Below, in pieces: positions 47,547-57,650 of a stretch of 64,000 bases of DNA. A program made the translations under genes and the position numbers. Within the stretch, counting starts at the first letter, position 1, and each line of letters starts with the position of its first letter. The stretch comes from Ktedonobacterales bacterium. Its GTDB lineage: Bacteria; Chloroflexota; Ktedonobacteria; Ktedonobacterales; JADMIN01. The DNA is taken from the NCBI GenBank assembly GCA_036391685.1, contig DASVZK010000033.1, forward strand, positions 22,701 through 86,700, written 5' to 3'. A model generated the notes under the pieces. That model made no database searches, was not told where the DNA came from, and saw only the letters and a list, made by a program, of their open reading frames with translations.

Positions 47547-49667
47547 TTGACTCTCGCAGGCCACCTAACCCGCGCTGCCGCGCTTGTGCCGTTGGGAAGG
47601 TCTGCGCCTGTGGATTCTCTCAACTCCTACGATTCCCTCGATGAGCGGCGGGCGTCCACGTCCGCTGCGACAGACGCCGGGCGCGCGCCGTTGACCGTCT
47701 GGGGACATATCTCCCTGAGCGCGCTCTGGCTGGGCGTTAATGCGGTCTCCGCCGCGCTGCTGCCAATCGTGCTGCCGGTGCAAATCCTGTTGTTTGTGGC
47801 GCCTGGCGGAGTGGGCAGCGCGCAGCAGGCGGAGCTGCTGGGCTGGCTCTCGGCCCTGGGCTCGGTGATCGCGCTGCTCGCGCCGCCGCTTGTTGGCGCG
47901 CTTTCCGACCGCTCGACCTCGCCCTGGGGGCGCCGCCGCCCTTATATCGTGCTGGGCGTCGCTATCTCGGTGTTGGGCGCGTGGGCGATGGCGCGCGCCG
48001 GCGACCTGAATACCCTGATCCTGGCCTTCCTCGTCCTCAATCTGGGTTTCAACGTCGCCATTGGCGCCTATCAGGGGCTGCTGCCAGATAACACGCCAGA
48101 GAGCCAGCGTGGCGCCGCTTCAGGCTATCTGGGACTGATGACAATTCTCGGCAACGTGGGCAGCCTGGCGCTCGCGGGCGCGCTCTTCGCCAGCGTGACT
48201 CTCACTAATGCGCGCACGGGCGCCGGGCGGGTCGCGATTCTCAACGGCTCGAACCTGTTCTACGGCGTGACCGCCGCTGTGATGGTCACGACGGCGATTG
48301 TCACGTTGGTTTGGACGCGTGAGACGCCGCTGAGCGCCCAGATGGCGGCGGCGCTGCGTCCGGCGAAGACAGGCGGGAGCCTGCTGGAGCGGCGTCTGGG
48401 CTCGCTGCGCGCCCTGTGGCTGGAGCCCTGGCGCAGCCATAACTTCACCTGGGTCTTCCTGACGCGCGCCTTCGTCATGATGGGCCTGACGCTCTTCCTG
48501 ACCTTTATCGAGTACTACTTCGCCAATGTCGTCGGCGCGACGAGTTTCGTCAGCGCGACGGCGGTCGTCGCCGGGCTGGCGCTGCTTGGCGCGGTGCTGA
48601 GCGCGCTGGCGCTGGGTATCCTCTCTGACCGCATGAACCGCACGCTGCTGGTGGGCGTTTCCAGCGGCCTGATGGCCCTGCCCGCGCTGGTCTTCGTCAT
48701 CGCCCCGGCGCAGATTCCGCTCTGGCCGCTGGGGCTGGTCTTTGGCCTGGGTTACGGCGCATATACCAGCGTGGACTGGGCGCTAGCGGTGGATGCGCTG
48801 CCCGTGCAGGCTAACGCTGGGAAAGACCTCGGCATCTGGAGCGCCGCCTCGACGCTGCCCGCCATCCTCGCGCCCGCCGTCGGCGCGCTGGTGATCGCGC
48901 TGGTGGACGCGCTGGGCGGCAAGACCGCGCTGGGTTACCAGTCAATCTTCGCGCTGGCGGCGGTCTGCCTGGCGCTGGGCGCTGTCTTCGTCTCCTTCAT
49001 TCGCGGTGAGCCGGGGGCGGCGCCGCCCTCGCCCGCCGAGCGCCCAGGCGCGGGCTGGCGGCTGGCGGGCCACTCACATGGCGGTCAGGCGCGCGGCTTC
49101 CTGCGCTTCTGGCCGTTTTGGGAATGGGTGACGCGCACGCTCAAGCCAGTGACGCCGATCCCCCACGCGCCGCACGGCTTGCTTGGCGTCCACTTCGCCC
49201 GCTATCACGGCCAGCCGATCACCCTGCCCGATGGTACACGCGTCACCCAGGGGGCGGCCGTCGCCGAGCTCCACTTCAACAACCGGCTGCTGAGCGCCAC
49301 CGCCCAGGGCGGGCCCTGGCGCATCACCCATATGGTCGCGGATGATCTGGGCGCGCTGGCGCGCTGGGCGCAGGGGACCGGCGAGATGGCGCAGGTAGAG
49401 GCCATCGTCGGCGTGACGCTGCTGGGGCGCGCTGGCAGGCGGGTCGGCTTTACGCTACGCGAGCGCCCGGTCACGCTTCACGCCCGGCTGGAACGCTTCT
49501 TCATGCAGGGGTTACTGGCGATGTACAACCCCGCGGGCGTCCAGCGGCTGGAGCGCGGCGCGACCTACGCCAGTTATCCGGTCGAGGTCTGGATGTCACG
49601 CGCGGAGCTGCTGCGCCGCTACGGCGGCGAGGCGCCTGCCGCCAACGCGGAGTCGCGGGAGAAATAA
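47547..49667 (+). CDS. MFS transporter fused to an uncharacterised C-terminal soluble domain
   Basis: About 12 TM segments with an MFS-like loop motif (LSDRSTSPWGRRRPY), then a ~200-aa non-membrane domain (FWPFWEWVTR...ERFFMQGLLAMYNP...). The start codon is uncertain (TTG in the track). Confidence 0.7.
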   Translation: MTLAGHLTRAAALVPLGRSAPVDSLNSYDSLDERRASTSAATDAGRAPLTVWGHISLSALWLGVNAVSAALLPIVLPVQILLFVAPGGVGSAQQAELLGWLSALGSVIALLAPPLVGALSDRSTSPWGRRRPYIVLGVAISVLGAWAMARAGDLNTLILAFLVLNLGFNVAIGAYQGLLPDNTPESQRGAASGYLGLMTILGNVGSLALAGALFASVTLTNARTGAGRVAILNGSNLFYGVTAAVMVTTAIVTLVWTRETPLSAQMAAALRPAKTGGSLLERRLGSLRALWLEPWRSHNFTWVFLTRAFVMMGLTLFLTFIEYYFANVVGATSFVSATAVVAGLALLGAVLSALALGILSDRMNRTLLVGVSSGLMALPALVFVIAPAQIPLWPLGLVFGLGYGAYTSVDWALAVDALPVQANAGKDLGIWSAASTLPAILAPAVGALVIALVDALGGKTALGYQSIFALAAVCLALGAVFVSFIRGEPGAAPPSPAERPGAGWRLAGHSHGGQARGFLRFWPFWEWVTRTLKPVTPIPHAPHGLLGVHFARYHGQPITLPDGTRVTQGAAVAELHFNNRLLSATAQGGPWRITHMVADDLGALARWAQGTGEMAQVEAIVGVTLLGRAGRRVGFTLRERPVTLHARLERFFMQGLLAMYNPAGVQRLERGATYASYPVEVWMSRAELLRRYGGEAPAANAESREK

Positions 49668-49709
49668 AGGCGCAGGAGACCGGCATGCGCCAACAGAGTC
49701 CATTGCCCG

Positions 49710-50558
49710 TTAGGGGTGGGCGCTGCTCGTGGGCTCAACAATGAGCAGGTCGCGTGTGGCGTCGTAGCCGGTGACGGCTGGAACCGCCGTTGAAGCGTCC
49801 ACCGCCGCGCACCAGGCGAGATCGGCCCCGAGACCGACATCCAGGACATCGCGCGCGGGTTCGGAGGCCGCGAGCCGGTCATAGATCCAGCGCTCGGCGT
49901 ACTGACTGCCCCACTCGGAGGCCGCGAGCATGGCGCGAGCGGTCTGTGCCGCGGTGTCTGGCGTAACCTGCGTTCCCTCGCCGTGCGCTACTTCCTCCAA
50001 TGTGGCGATAAGCCAGGCCGCGCAGAGCGAGTCATCCTCAGCGGGCCGGTTCTCGCGACCCGAGCACACAACCAGGACGCCCGCGCCCGCGCCATCCGCC
50101 ACCAGGCCGCGCGCCGCGGCAAGCGCCGCGCGGCTGACCGCCGTCGCGTTGCGCAGCGAGCCCGCGAAGATCGGTCCACCTCCACGGCTGGCGTGCAGCG
50201 CGCGGGCGCCGTTGGTGGTCGAGAAGAGGATGTCGCGTCCGGCGACGATCTTTTCCGGAAGGCTCCCCCATTCCTCAGGAGAATTGCCACAATCGAAATC
50301 AGACGGGGCGACGGCGGCCACCTCACCCGCGACCAGCGCGCCGGTCAGGCTGTCGCGCGCGGCGCGGGCAGCCTCCACATCCCGCGCGACCCACACCCGC
50401 CGCACGCCGCGCTCGAACATGACCGTCAGCGTGGTCGTCGCCCGGATGACATCCACGACGACGTAGACCGTCCGCGCGCGCCGCTCCGGGTCAGCAGGGA
50501 TCTCCGCCGGGATGTGGGCGACGCTCAAGGTGATCGCTGAGTCGCTGGCGCTGGTCAT
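49710..50558 (-). CDS. comB: 2-phosphosulfolactate phosphatase family protein
   Basis: VVVDVIRATTT...CGNSP...STTNGARAL is the characteristic ComB pattern. The ATG at 50558 is preceded by AGGAGGAG. Confidence 0.8.
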   Translation of the reverse strand: MTSASDSAITLSVAHIPAEIPADPERRARTVYVVVDVIRATTTLTVMFERGVRRVWVARDVEAARAARDSLTGALVAGEVAAVAPSDFDCGNSPEEWGSLPEKIVAGRDILFSTTNGARALHASRGGGPIFAGSLRNATAVSRAALAAARGLVADGAGAGVLVVCSGRENRPAEDDSLCAAWLIATLEEVAHGEGTQVTPDTAAQTARAMLAASEWGSQYAERWIYDRLAASEPARDVLDVGLGADLAWCAAVDASTAVPAVTGYDATRDLLIVEPTSSAHP

Positions 50559-50726
50559 ACGGACGCTGGCTCCTCCTATCGCGCGCGGGCCGCCCGCGCG
50601 CCGCAGCCAGTATGGCATAGGCCATCCTGTCAGACAAGCGCGAGTCGTCGCGCTCGTCGGCTGGGCGGCGGCATATACTGCGTCAGAGCGGACGCCGATG
50701 AAGCGCCGAGCAGGAAGGAGCGGACA

Positions 50727-51279
50727 TTGATGGGCGACACACCTGAGCTGACGATCCGCGACTATCTCGCCGAGCCTGAGACGAACATTGTGTCGCAGCA
50801 AGCCGTGGGAGGCTGGCGCGGCCAGACGTCATCGGGTGGATTCAACGCGGCGCCAGACAGCTTCACCTTTGGGAGCATGCGTGAGCTAGGCGATCGGCGG
50901 GTGTACGCGGTGACGTTCGCGACGCGCGCGGGCGCGCGCATGCGTGTCATCTGCCATGTGCGCCGCGCCGCCACCGGCGACTGGCGCTGCGAGGGCGTGG
51001 CGGGTGGTGGCGTTGGCGGCGACCCGCATCGCGGCCAGCCATGGGTCAACTTCTGCGGCAGTTATGGGCGCGAATTCTACGCGGGCGGGCAGGTCCTGGA
51101 GCATGGCGGCGCGGTCGCGCGTGTGCGGATGGTGGGCGCGAACGGCTACGCGCTGGAGGACGCGCCTGGCGAGGTTGACATCGTTCTATTTCTTGCTGAT
51201 GACCCCACCCATGCCGCTGCGGGTCGAGTTGCTGGGCTTCGCGGGCAAGATCCTGGCGAGGGGTAAGCCCGTGGGGTAG
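50727..51279 (+). pseudogene. hypothetical protein with an apparent +1 frame change near 51190
   Basis: The 50727 frame loses G/C-rich third positions after about 51185. The frame ending at 51279 (...LLMTPPMPLRVELLGFAGKILARGKPVG*) gains them. This is a frameshift or a sequencing error at the T-run cta ttt ctt. Confidence 0.45.
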
Positions 51280-51291
51280 TGACGCGGCGTT

Positions 51292-52266
51292 TCAGCGGGA
51301 AAGGACGCCAGCCAGCTCGAGCAGCTCCGGTGTGACCTTGACCGTTGGCGTGGTGACGTGGGTGAGGGGAATCTCGGCGATGTCGCCCCGCTGCCAGCCG
51401 ATGAGCGCGCCCTGACGTCCCGCCATCAGCGCGTCCACCGCCGCGGCTCCGAAGCGGCTGGCGTAAATGCGGTCGCGCGCGGTGGGAGAGCCACCCCGCT
51501 GGACATGCCCCAGCACACTTATCCGCGCCTCGAAGCCGCTGGGGTGCTGGCTGAGGTAGCTGGAGAGCGCCTGTGTCCCAATCCTGGCGCCCTCGGCGCG
51601 CACGACGATGTAGTGCGCTTTGCCGCGCGCGTAGGCCGCCTGTACATCCTGGGCGATCGCTTCCAGCGCGGTATCGCGCTCAGGGACGATGGCCAGCTCA
51701 GCGCCAGTGGCGATGGCGGTCAGCAGCGCCAGATAGCCCGACGCGCGGCCCATCACTTCGACGATAAAGGCGCGATGGTGCGAGGTGGCGGTGTCCTTCA
51801 GGCGGTCGATGTAGCCCACCGCGGTGTTCAGCGCCGTATCGAAACCAAGCGTGATCTCAGTCTCGGGCAGGTCATTATCAATTGTGGAGGCGATGCCCAC
51901 AACCGGGAAACCCAGTGTATGGAGCGCGAGCGCGCCCTGCTGGGAGCCGTTGCCGCCAATGACTACGAGCGCCTGAATGTCGCGGCGCTCGAGCTCCGCC
52001 AGCGCCTCACGCTGCGTCTCGATGGCGCTGAACTCAGGGAAGCGCGCCGTGCCGAGAAACGTGCCGCCGCGCTGCAGAATACCCGCTACAGCCCGGTCGT
52101 CGAGGCGCTCGAACTCGCCACCGTGCAGCCCGGCATACCCATTCCGGATGCCAAGCATCTCGACGCCATGCGCCCCCGCGGCCCGCGTGACCGCGCGTAT
52201 CGCGGCGTTCATGCCAGGCGCGTCGCCACCGCTCGTCAGCGTCGCAATCCGTCGTATGCCGGCCAT
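51292..52266 (-). CDS. pfkA: ATP-dependent 6-phosphofructokinase
   Basis: TSGGDAPGMNAAIR, VVIGGNGS, VEVMGR and LGHVQRGG motifs. The ATG at 52266 is preceded by GAGGAG. Confidence 0.9.
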   Translation of the reverse strand: MAGIRRIATLTSGGDAPGMNAAIRAVTRAAGAHGVEMLGIRNGYAGLHGGEFERLDDRAVAGILQRGGTFLGTARFPEFSAIETQREALAELERRDIQALVVIGGNGSQQGALALHTLGFPVVGIASTIDNDLPETEITLGFDTALNTAVGYIDRLKDTATSHHRAFIVEVMGRASGYLALLTAIATGAELAIVPERDTALEAIAQDVQAAYARGKAHYIVVRAEGARIGTQALSSYLSQHPSGFEARISVLGHVQRGGSPTARDRIYASRFGAAAVDALMAGRQGALIGWQRGDIAEIPLTHVTTPTVKVTPELLELAGVLSR

Positions 52267-52360
52267 TTCTCGCGCGCTCCTCATGCTCAACAAATGGCGT
52301 CACGCTCGCGCCGCGGCGCCACAGTGTACAACGGAGAGTCGTGCGGCCGCGACAGCACAT

Positions 52361-53450
52361 CTATATCACAAGATCGCGCCCGCGCTGGCTGGACATTCCG
52401 CTGGGCGAGCCGCGAGTGTCGTGCGTGGCCTTTGTCAGCGGAAGCACGCGGGTCAGCAACTCGGCGAGGAATCGTTCTGGTTGGGCGAAGGCCGCGAGAT
52501 GGCCAGCATCCTCGATCAGGACGAACTCCTTGCGTGGCGCTTCGATCCAATCAAAATAGGCCTTCGCTGTTTCAACTGGCGTCAGCGCGTCGCACGCCCT
52601 GGAAGATGAAGAATGGCGCCACCAAGCGCGGACCAAGCGCGCGCAAGTCCATGCTCATCATCTCAGCAAAGAGCGCCTTATTCGAGAAGGCCAGGCCGTT
52701 GGCGATGTCCATGACATCATGCAGGGTATGGTCAGGTGAGGAGAGCATGCCTGGGAGGAAGATATCGTCGATCATATCGGGAACGCTCGGGTCGGCCCTG
52801 ATCGTCCACTGGTGCAGCGTTCTGGCTTCCTTCGGCGTCAGTCGGTCCAGGCGCGCGCCGATCATCTCGACCGCCTGCACCCCTCGGGTGTTTCTCGCCG
52901 CGCGCAGCATCGCCAGTGTCAGTTCGTAGGAGCGCTGGAGGGAGGCCACGCCCGTGTTTTGGTCTGTGCCCACATAGGCCCAGAATAGATCGGGCCGTCG
53001 CTTGGCCATCATCATCCCGGTGAGGCTGCCAACTGAACTGCCGACGAGGATGATCTTTTCCTGGCCGAGATATCCTCGCAGGTACTCGGTCAACTCAAGC
53101 CCATCCTGGACCAGACGGTCGAAGGTGATGGCGCCGCAGCCGGCCTTGCCGTTCCGGCCGAGTGTCTTGCCCGCGCCACGCTGGTCCCACTGGACGATAG
53201 TGAAGAATCGCTCCCAAGGACGCAGCGGCGGCGAGAGGACGGAGTAGACCGACCCTGGCCCGCCGTGAACGAAGAGCAAGACAGGGTTGGCGCGGTCCTC
53301 GCCGCTGATCGTGATCCACTGCTCGATCTCGCCGATCGTCGCGAACCGCTGTTCGAGGACGCCGCTGGGCGCCGTGATGACCAGTTGTCGCGCCAGGTTC
53401 CGCTGGTTGCGCCCACGCATGAGCAGCGCGGCTAGCAAGTTGGTTGCCAT
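52361..53450 (-). pseudogene. alpha/beta hydrolase (proline-iminopeptidase-like) with a 1-nt frameshift near 52600
   Basis: The N-terminal part (ATG 53450 after AAGGAGG; HGGPG, nucleophile GSSVGS) stops at 52572 after ...PFFIFQGVRRADAS*. The expected continuation, DALTPVETAKAYF...IEDAGHLAAF (catalytic His), is in another frame and ends at 52361. Confidence 0.7.
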
Positions 53451-53601
53451 GCGATAGCCTCCTTCGCGCTCCCGCTCGCCACCGAGTTGGCGGCGAGCGT
53501 ACATAAACTGTGTATAACGTACACTGTTTATTTCTGCGTATACTGCACACAGTTTTCGCGCGCTGTCAAGAGGGCGCGGGAGAGACGAAAGAGCGTGTGG
53601 G

Positions 53602-54399
53602 ATGTCTAAAAGCGAACCGGACCACGGAACGCCGCTGGAGCGGCGGCGAACGCTCGATCTGCTGTGGGGCAAGCGGGCCGGGCCAACGCGCGGACCGAAA
53701 CCCAGCCTGAATGTTGAAAAGATCGTGGCCGCGGCCGTCGCCATCGCTGATTCCGAGGGGTTGGAGGCTGTTTCGATGCAGCGCGTCGCAGAGGCATGTG
53801 GCGTCACGACGATGGCGCTCTATCGTTACGTGCCCGGGAAATCGGAGCTCGTCGCGCTGATGCTCGATGTCGGGCTAGGCGCGCCGCCGCCGCTCGCTGG
53901 CGCGCCTGGCGACTGGCGTGCGCAACTGGAGGACTGGGCGCGTCGGCTGTGGGTGATCTTCCAGGCGCACCCCTGGAGCCTGGCGGCGACCGCGCCCGCG
54001 CGTGTGATGGGTCCAAACGAGTTGGGATGGTTCGAGGTCGCTGTCAGTGTGCTCGGAGGGACCAGCCTTAGCGCCGAAGAGGCGGTCCAGGCGGTGATCG
54101 CAATTCTGCTGCATGTACGCGGCATGGCAGGAGCCATGCTGGGCGGCTCGGCGGATCGGGGGCAGAACGTTTCGGGGGGATGGAGCGCGATGGTCGCCGA
54201 GCTCCTGCGCGCGCATGGGGAAAGCTTCCCAGCCTTGCGTGCGGCAAGCTTCGACCCGCCAGCGAGTGAGGCGCCGGACGGTGGGCCGGGCGGTGGGTTG
54301 GGATTCGGCCTGCGCTTGCTGCTAGATGGGTTGAGCGCGCATATCGGCGGACGCGCACGTTCGACGTCTAGCGCGAAACGTCCGCGAGCGGCAGAGTAA
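53602..54399 (+). CDS. TetR/AcrR-family transcriptional regulator
   Basis: N-terminal HTH VSMQRVAEACGVTTMALYRYVPGKSELV. It is divergent from the hydrolase pseudogene. Confidence 0.85.
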   Translation: MSKSEPDHGTPLERRRTLDLLWGKRAGPTRGPKPSLNVEKIVAAAVAIADSEGLEAVSMQRVAEACGVTTMALYRYVPGKSELVALMLDVGLGAPPPLAGAPGDWRAQLEDWARRLWVIFQAHPWSLAATAPARVMGPNELGWFEVAVSVLGGTSLSAEEAVQAVIAILLHVRGMAGAMLGGSADRGQNVSGGWSAMVAELLRAHGESFPALRAASFDPPASEAPDGGPGGGLGFGLRLLLDGLSAHIGGRARSTSSAKRPRAAE

Positions 54400-56866
54400 A
54401 CCAAAACTCCGCGCCTTGTCCCTCCTCGCTCTCGACGCCGACCTGGCCGCCATGCCGCTCGATGATCTCGCGGCTGATGAAGAGGCCCAGCCCAAGGCCG
54501 ATGCCTGAGCCACTCGTGTGAGCGACGCCTGGCGCGCGGTAGAACCGTTCCCAGACACGGTCGATTTCATCAGCCGCAATCCCCGGCCCTTCATCGCGGA
54601 CCGCCACACGCGCTACGCCAACGTCCAGCGCCTGTGTCAGGGTGATCGTCACAGGCCGCTCCACTGGAGAATAGCGCAGCGCGTTGATCAGATAGTTGGC
54701 CAGCGCCTGGCGTACACGGTCACCATCCGCCCAGACGCTGATCGGCCCTGCGACGGGCTCCAGCGTCACCGTCCGGTTTGGGAAGACCAGCCGCTGCTCC
54801 TCGATGGCGTCGCCAGCCAGCTTCACGAGGTCCAGCCGGGCGAAGTGGTGTTCCAGTGTATTGGAGCGGATCCGCGAGACATCCAGCAGGTCGCTCACGA
54901 GCCGGTCCTGGCGTGTGACTGCTTCATCGGCGCGCTGCAGCAGGCGCTCCAGCGCCTCTATCTCGGTGACAGGCGCTTTGAGCCAGGGCTCGGATGCCGC
55001 CTCGTGCGGGGTGTTCCAGTGACCCAGCCGCCGTATCGTCGTTTGCAGACCTTCACGCATGACGGTGAGCGGCGCATCGCGCTGGGCCAGAAGCTGGTTC
55101 ACCCGCCGCGCGCTCATCTGGATGCTGGCTTTCATCGTCGTCAGGGGCGTGCGTAACTCGTGGCTGGCCAGCGAGAGGAAGCGGTCCATCTGCTCCTGGG
55201 CGGTCCGCAGCGCCATCTCGCGCGACTGCGCTTGTGTGCGCTCCTGCGCGAGCCGCTCACGCTCGATGACCAGCGCCACCAATTGCGTCACGGCGCTGGC
55301 GAGCGATTGTTCCTGGGCGGAATAGGTGTGCGGGTCGCTGGCGTAGTCCACGTTGAGCAAGCATACCAGCTTGCCGCGGAGCAGGCCGGGGGCTACGAGC
55401 GCCGAGTGGGCGGAGTAGGGATTGCGTTGGCGATCGAGGCCATCCGCGTCGAGGTCGCTGGTCAGCGCCTCACCGGCTCGCAGTCGCGCGAGGTCTTGCG
55501 GACTGAGGGTGGCGCCCAGCGTGGCGCGCTCAGGCCAGGTCGCCCACATATGCGCCTCTTGTTCTGGCGTCAGCCCGACCGCGGCCAGTGGCCTTATGGT
55601 GTCCGACTCGGGGTTGACCAGGGTGATCACGACGCGCTTGCAGCCCAGCACGCTCTGGGTCAGTTCCGCGAGCCGGCGGGCCGCCTGCCGCGCGGGTGGG
55701 ATTGGCTGGCTGGACGAGATGCGCGCGCGGGGCTGGCTGGCGCTGATTGTCGCGGTGGCCGGGCCGTCTTCAGGCGTGGCCGTAACGAGCGCCTGGGCCA
55801 TCTCCAGCAGCGCCGCCAGCGTCTCCTGCGTGCGCCGCTCTAGCTGGCGCCGCTCGGTCACATCACGGTAGACGGTGACGGAGCCGGTGATGCGCCCGTT
55901 TGCGTCGCGCACAGGCGCCGCCGAGACATTGACATCGAGCGTGCGCCCATCGAAGGCGACCATGCGCAGGTCGACGGCGCGCTCGCCGGTAAACACCTCA
56001 CCCGCCAGCGCGCACATCTGGGGCATGCGCTCCAGTGGCACCACATTGCCTTCGGTGTCCTGCACGGCCAGCGGGGCGTAGCGCCGCTCGTCTGGCAGCG
56101 TGGCAAAGTCGGGCGCCTGCTCGAAGCGCAACATGCGGTCGAGGGCGTTGTTGCGCCTGACCAGACACTTGTTGGCGTCATAGAGCAGCACGGCGTCGGC
56201 CATAGCGTCGAAAGCCGTCTGTAGCTGCTCGGCCCTGCCCGCCGCTTCGGCGCGGGCCTCCAGCGCCTCAGCGTGGGCGCGCTCCGCGGTGCGCTGGGAG
56301 CGGGTGACCTGGCTGGCGAGGATGCTGATCGCGACGCCGACGGCGAGCAGCAGCAGAATGCCAGCCAGGTCGTTGGGTGTGCGCGCGGCGAGATCGTACC
56401 GCGGCGGAAGAAGCGCAAAATAGACGAGCGCCGCGCCCCAGAACGCGGCGAAGAAACTTGGCCCGGCGCCAAAGGTGAGCGCGATCAGCACGGTGACGAG
56501 CAGTGGGAGCGCGCTGCGAAAACCCAGATTTGGGGCCAGGGTGATCAGACCGGCGGAGATAAGAGTGACGGTGATCTGCCCGGCGGCGGCCAGGATGTAG
56601 CCCGTCACGGAGCCGCGCCATTGGGGCGCGAGCCAGGCTGGTTGGAGCGTGTTCGTGGTGATCCAGCGCGCGCTGTGGCCGAAGCTGTCACGCGCGAACT
56701 GGATAGCCCGCGCTACTGGGCCAGATGGAGGACGAGGTTCTCGCGGGGGGCCGCCGGGCAACGGGGCAAGCGAAGTGGATGGACCAGCGCGGGGCGCGGC
56801 AGCCGCGTCTGACGCAGGTGGACGTGACAGAATTGTTTTGCGGTTGGGCACAGTCGCGCTCCGCAC
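54368..56866 (-). CDS. sensor histidine kinase with membrane, PAS and GAF-like modules
   Basis: H-box SHELRTPLTT and ATP-binding boxes (DEGPGIA..., GSGIGLGL). An N-terminal 4-TM region and central sensor domains are present. 832 aa. Confidence 0.85.
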   Translation of the reverse strand: MRSATVPNRKTILSRPPASDAAAAPRAGPSTSLAPLPGGPPREPRPPSGPVARAIQFARDSFGHSARWITTNTLQPAWLAPQWRGSVTGYILAAAGQITVTLISAGLITLAPNLGFRSALPLLVTVLIALTFGAGPSFFAAFWGAALVYFALLPPRYDLAARTPNDLAGILLLLAVGVAISILASQVTRSQRTAERAHAEALEARAEAAGRAEQLQTAFDAMADAVLLYDANKCLVRRNNALDRMLRFEQAPDFATLPDERRYAPLAVQDTEGNVVPLERMPQMCALAGEVFTGERAVDLRMVAFDGRTLDVNVSAAPVRDANGRITGSVTVYRDVTERRQLERRTQETLAALLEMAQALVTATPEDGPATATISASQPRARISSSQPIPPARQAARRLAELTQSVLGCKRVVITLVNPESDTIRPLAAVGLTPEQEAHMWATWPERATLGATLSPQDLARLRAGEALTSDLDADGLDRQRNPYSAHSALVAPGLLRGKLVCLLNVDYASDPHTYSAQEQSLASAVTQLVALVIERERLAQERTQAQSREMALRTAQEQMDRFLSLASHELRTPLTTMKASIQMSARRVNQLLAQRDAPLTVMREGLQTTIRRLGHWNTPHEAASEPWLKAPVTEIEALERLLQRADEAVTRQDRLVSDLLDVSRIRSNTLEHHFARLDLVKLAGDAIEEQRLVFPNRTVTLEPVAGPISVWADGDRVRQALANYLINALRYSPVERPVTITLTQALDVGVARVAVRDEGPGIAADEIDRVWERFYRAPGVAHTSGSGIGLGLGLFISREIIERHGGQVGVESEEGQGAEFWFTLPLADVSR

Positions 56867-57096
56867 TCATGGCTGACTCGATCAAATGGTGTGGCGCAGC
56901 GCTGTCAGGGCGCTCCCGCTACGCATGAGTCTCGCATGCGGAATGCCAGACTCCCGCTCTCCCATGTGGGTAGCGCCACATCGCCCGCCGATTGCGCTCA
57001 TTTGACACGCCGCGCCCGTTCCGGCGAAGCCATGCAGGCCGCAGTTATACATATAGAGGTCGCGGGCAATTCCGGGGTTAGGCAGGCGGAGGAAGT

Positions 57097-57140
57097 TGGT
57101 GGCCCCACTGGGAATCGAACCCAGATGCTCGGTTTAGAAG
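57097..57140 (-). other. tRNA 3'-half remnant (att-like island boundary)
   Basis: The minus strand reads ...CUUCUAA ACCGA GCAU CUGGG UUCGAUU CCCAG UGGGGCC A CCA. This gives a perfect T-arm, acceptor 3' strand, discriminator and encoded CCA. No complementary 5' acceptor strand (GGCCCCA) or anticodon-stem partner is present upstream. Confidence 0.6.
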
Positions 57141-57212
57141 GTCGGGGAACGACTTTCGCTGGCTTTCGGGGAGTGTCGCCACAGGGCGGCATTCCCCCTC
57201 TTTTTGTTCGTC

Positions 57213-57650
57213 TTAGGCCGCCGTCTGCCGATCACTGTCACCGGATTGGTGGTCAGATTGGTGGTCATCGAGAGTTGACGCAAGGTACTTTATCGGATCG
57301 TCAGCGATGACCATTTGCTGAAGTTGCCATTGCCATGCAGGCAGCTTACTCTGAGTCACCACCCTCTGATAGTGCCCCGACTGGGTATAGGTCGTTCCGG
57401 TGGTAGGATTTGTTTTTGTTCGCGCAGGCACCCATCGCTTATGCACATCGCCCCACAGCGCCTTGGCAAAGCCGTGGTCGAAGACGAGTGTGTAAGGCTC
57501 CATCGTCACGTGCCTGGCACCAGGAAGATTATTGAACTCTATCCATTTCAGGTCAGGCACAAAGACATTCACGTTCGGGAACGGTGGTTGCCAGCCGCCA
57601 TCAATTGCCTTCCGGATAGCTTCTTCTAAGATTTGTTGGTTGGTCATCAC
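57213..57650 (-). CDS. hypothetical protein (island gene)
   Basis: 145-aa ORF in the lower-GC region with a 4-nt overlap with the upstream ArdC-like gene. No family recognised. Confidence 0.55.
   Translation of the reverse strand: MMTNQQILEEAIRKAIDGGWQPPFPNVNVFVPDLKWIEFNNLPGARHVTMEPYTLVFDHGFAKALWGDVHKRWVPARTKTNPTTGTTYTQSGHYQRVVTQSKLPAWQWQLQQMVIADDPIKYLASTLDDHQSDHQSGDSDRQTAA

Noticed and set aside
51358-52929. 523-aa plus-strand ORF
   Set aside because: It is antisense to pfkA and to the alpha/beta-hydrolase pseudogene. The composition is Arg/Ala-rich and no motifs are present. pfkA on the opposite strand is unambiguous.
57097-57200. Possible intact tRNA (or tmRNA) gene on the minus strand
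   Set aside because: The T-arm, acceptor 3' strand and CCA are perfect. However, no GGCCCCA 5' acceptor strand, D-arm or anticodon-stem partner could be found in the ~100 nt upstream. It is reported instead as a 3'-half remnant.
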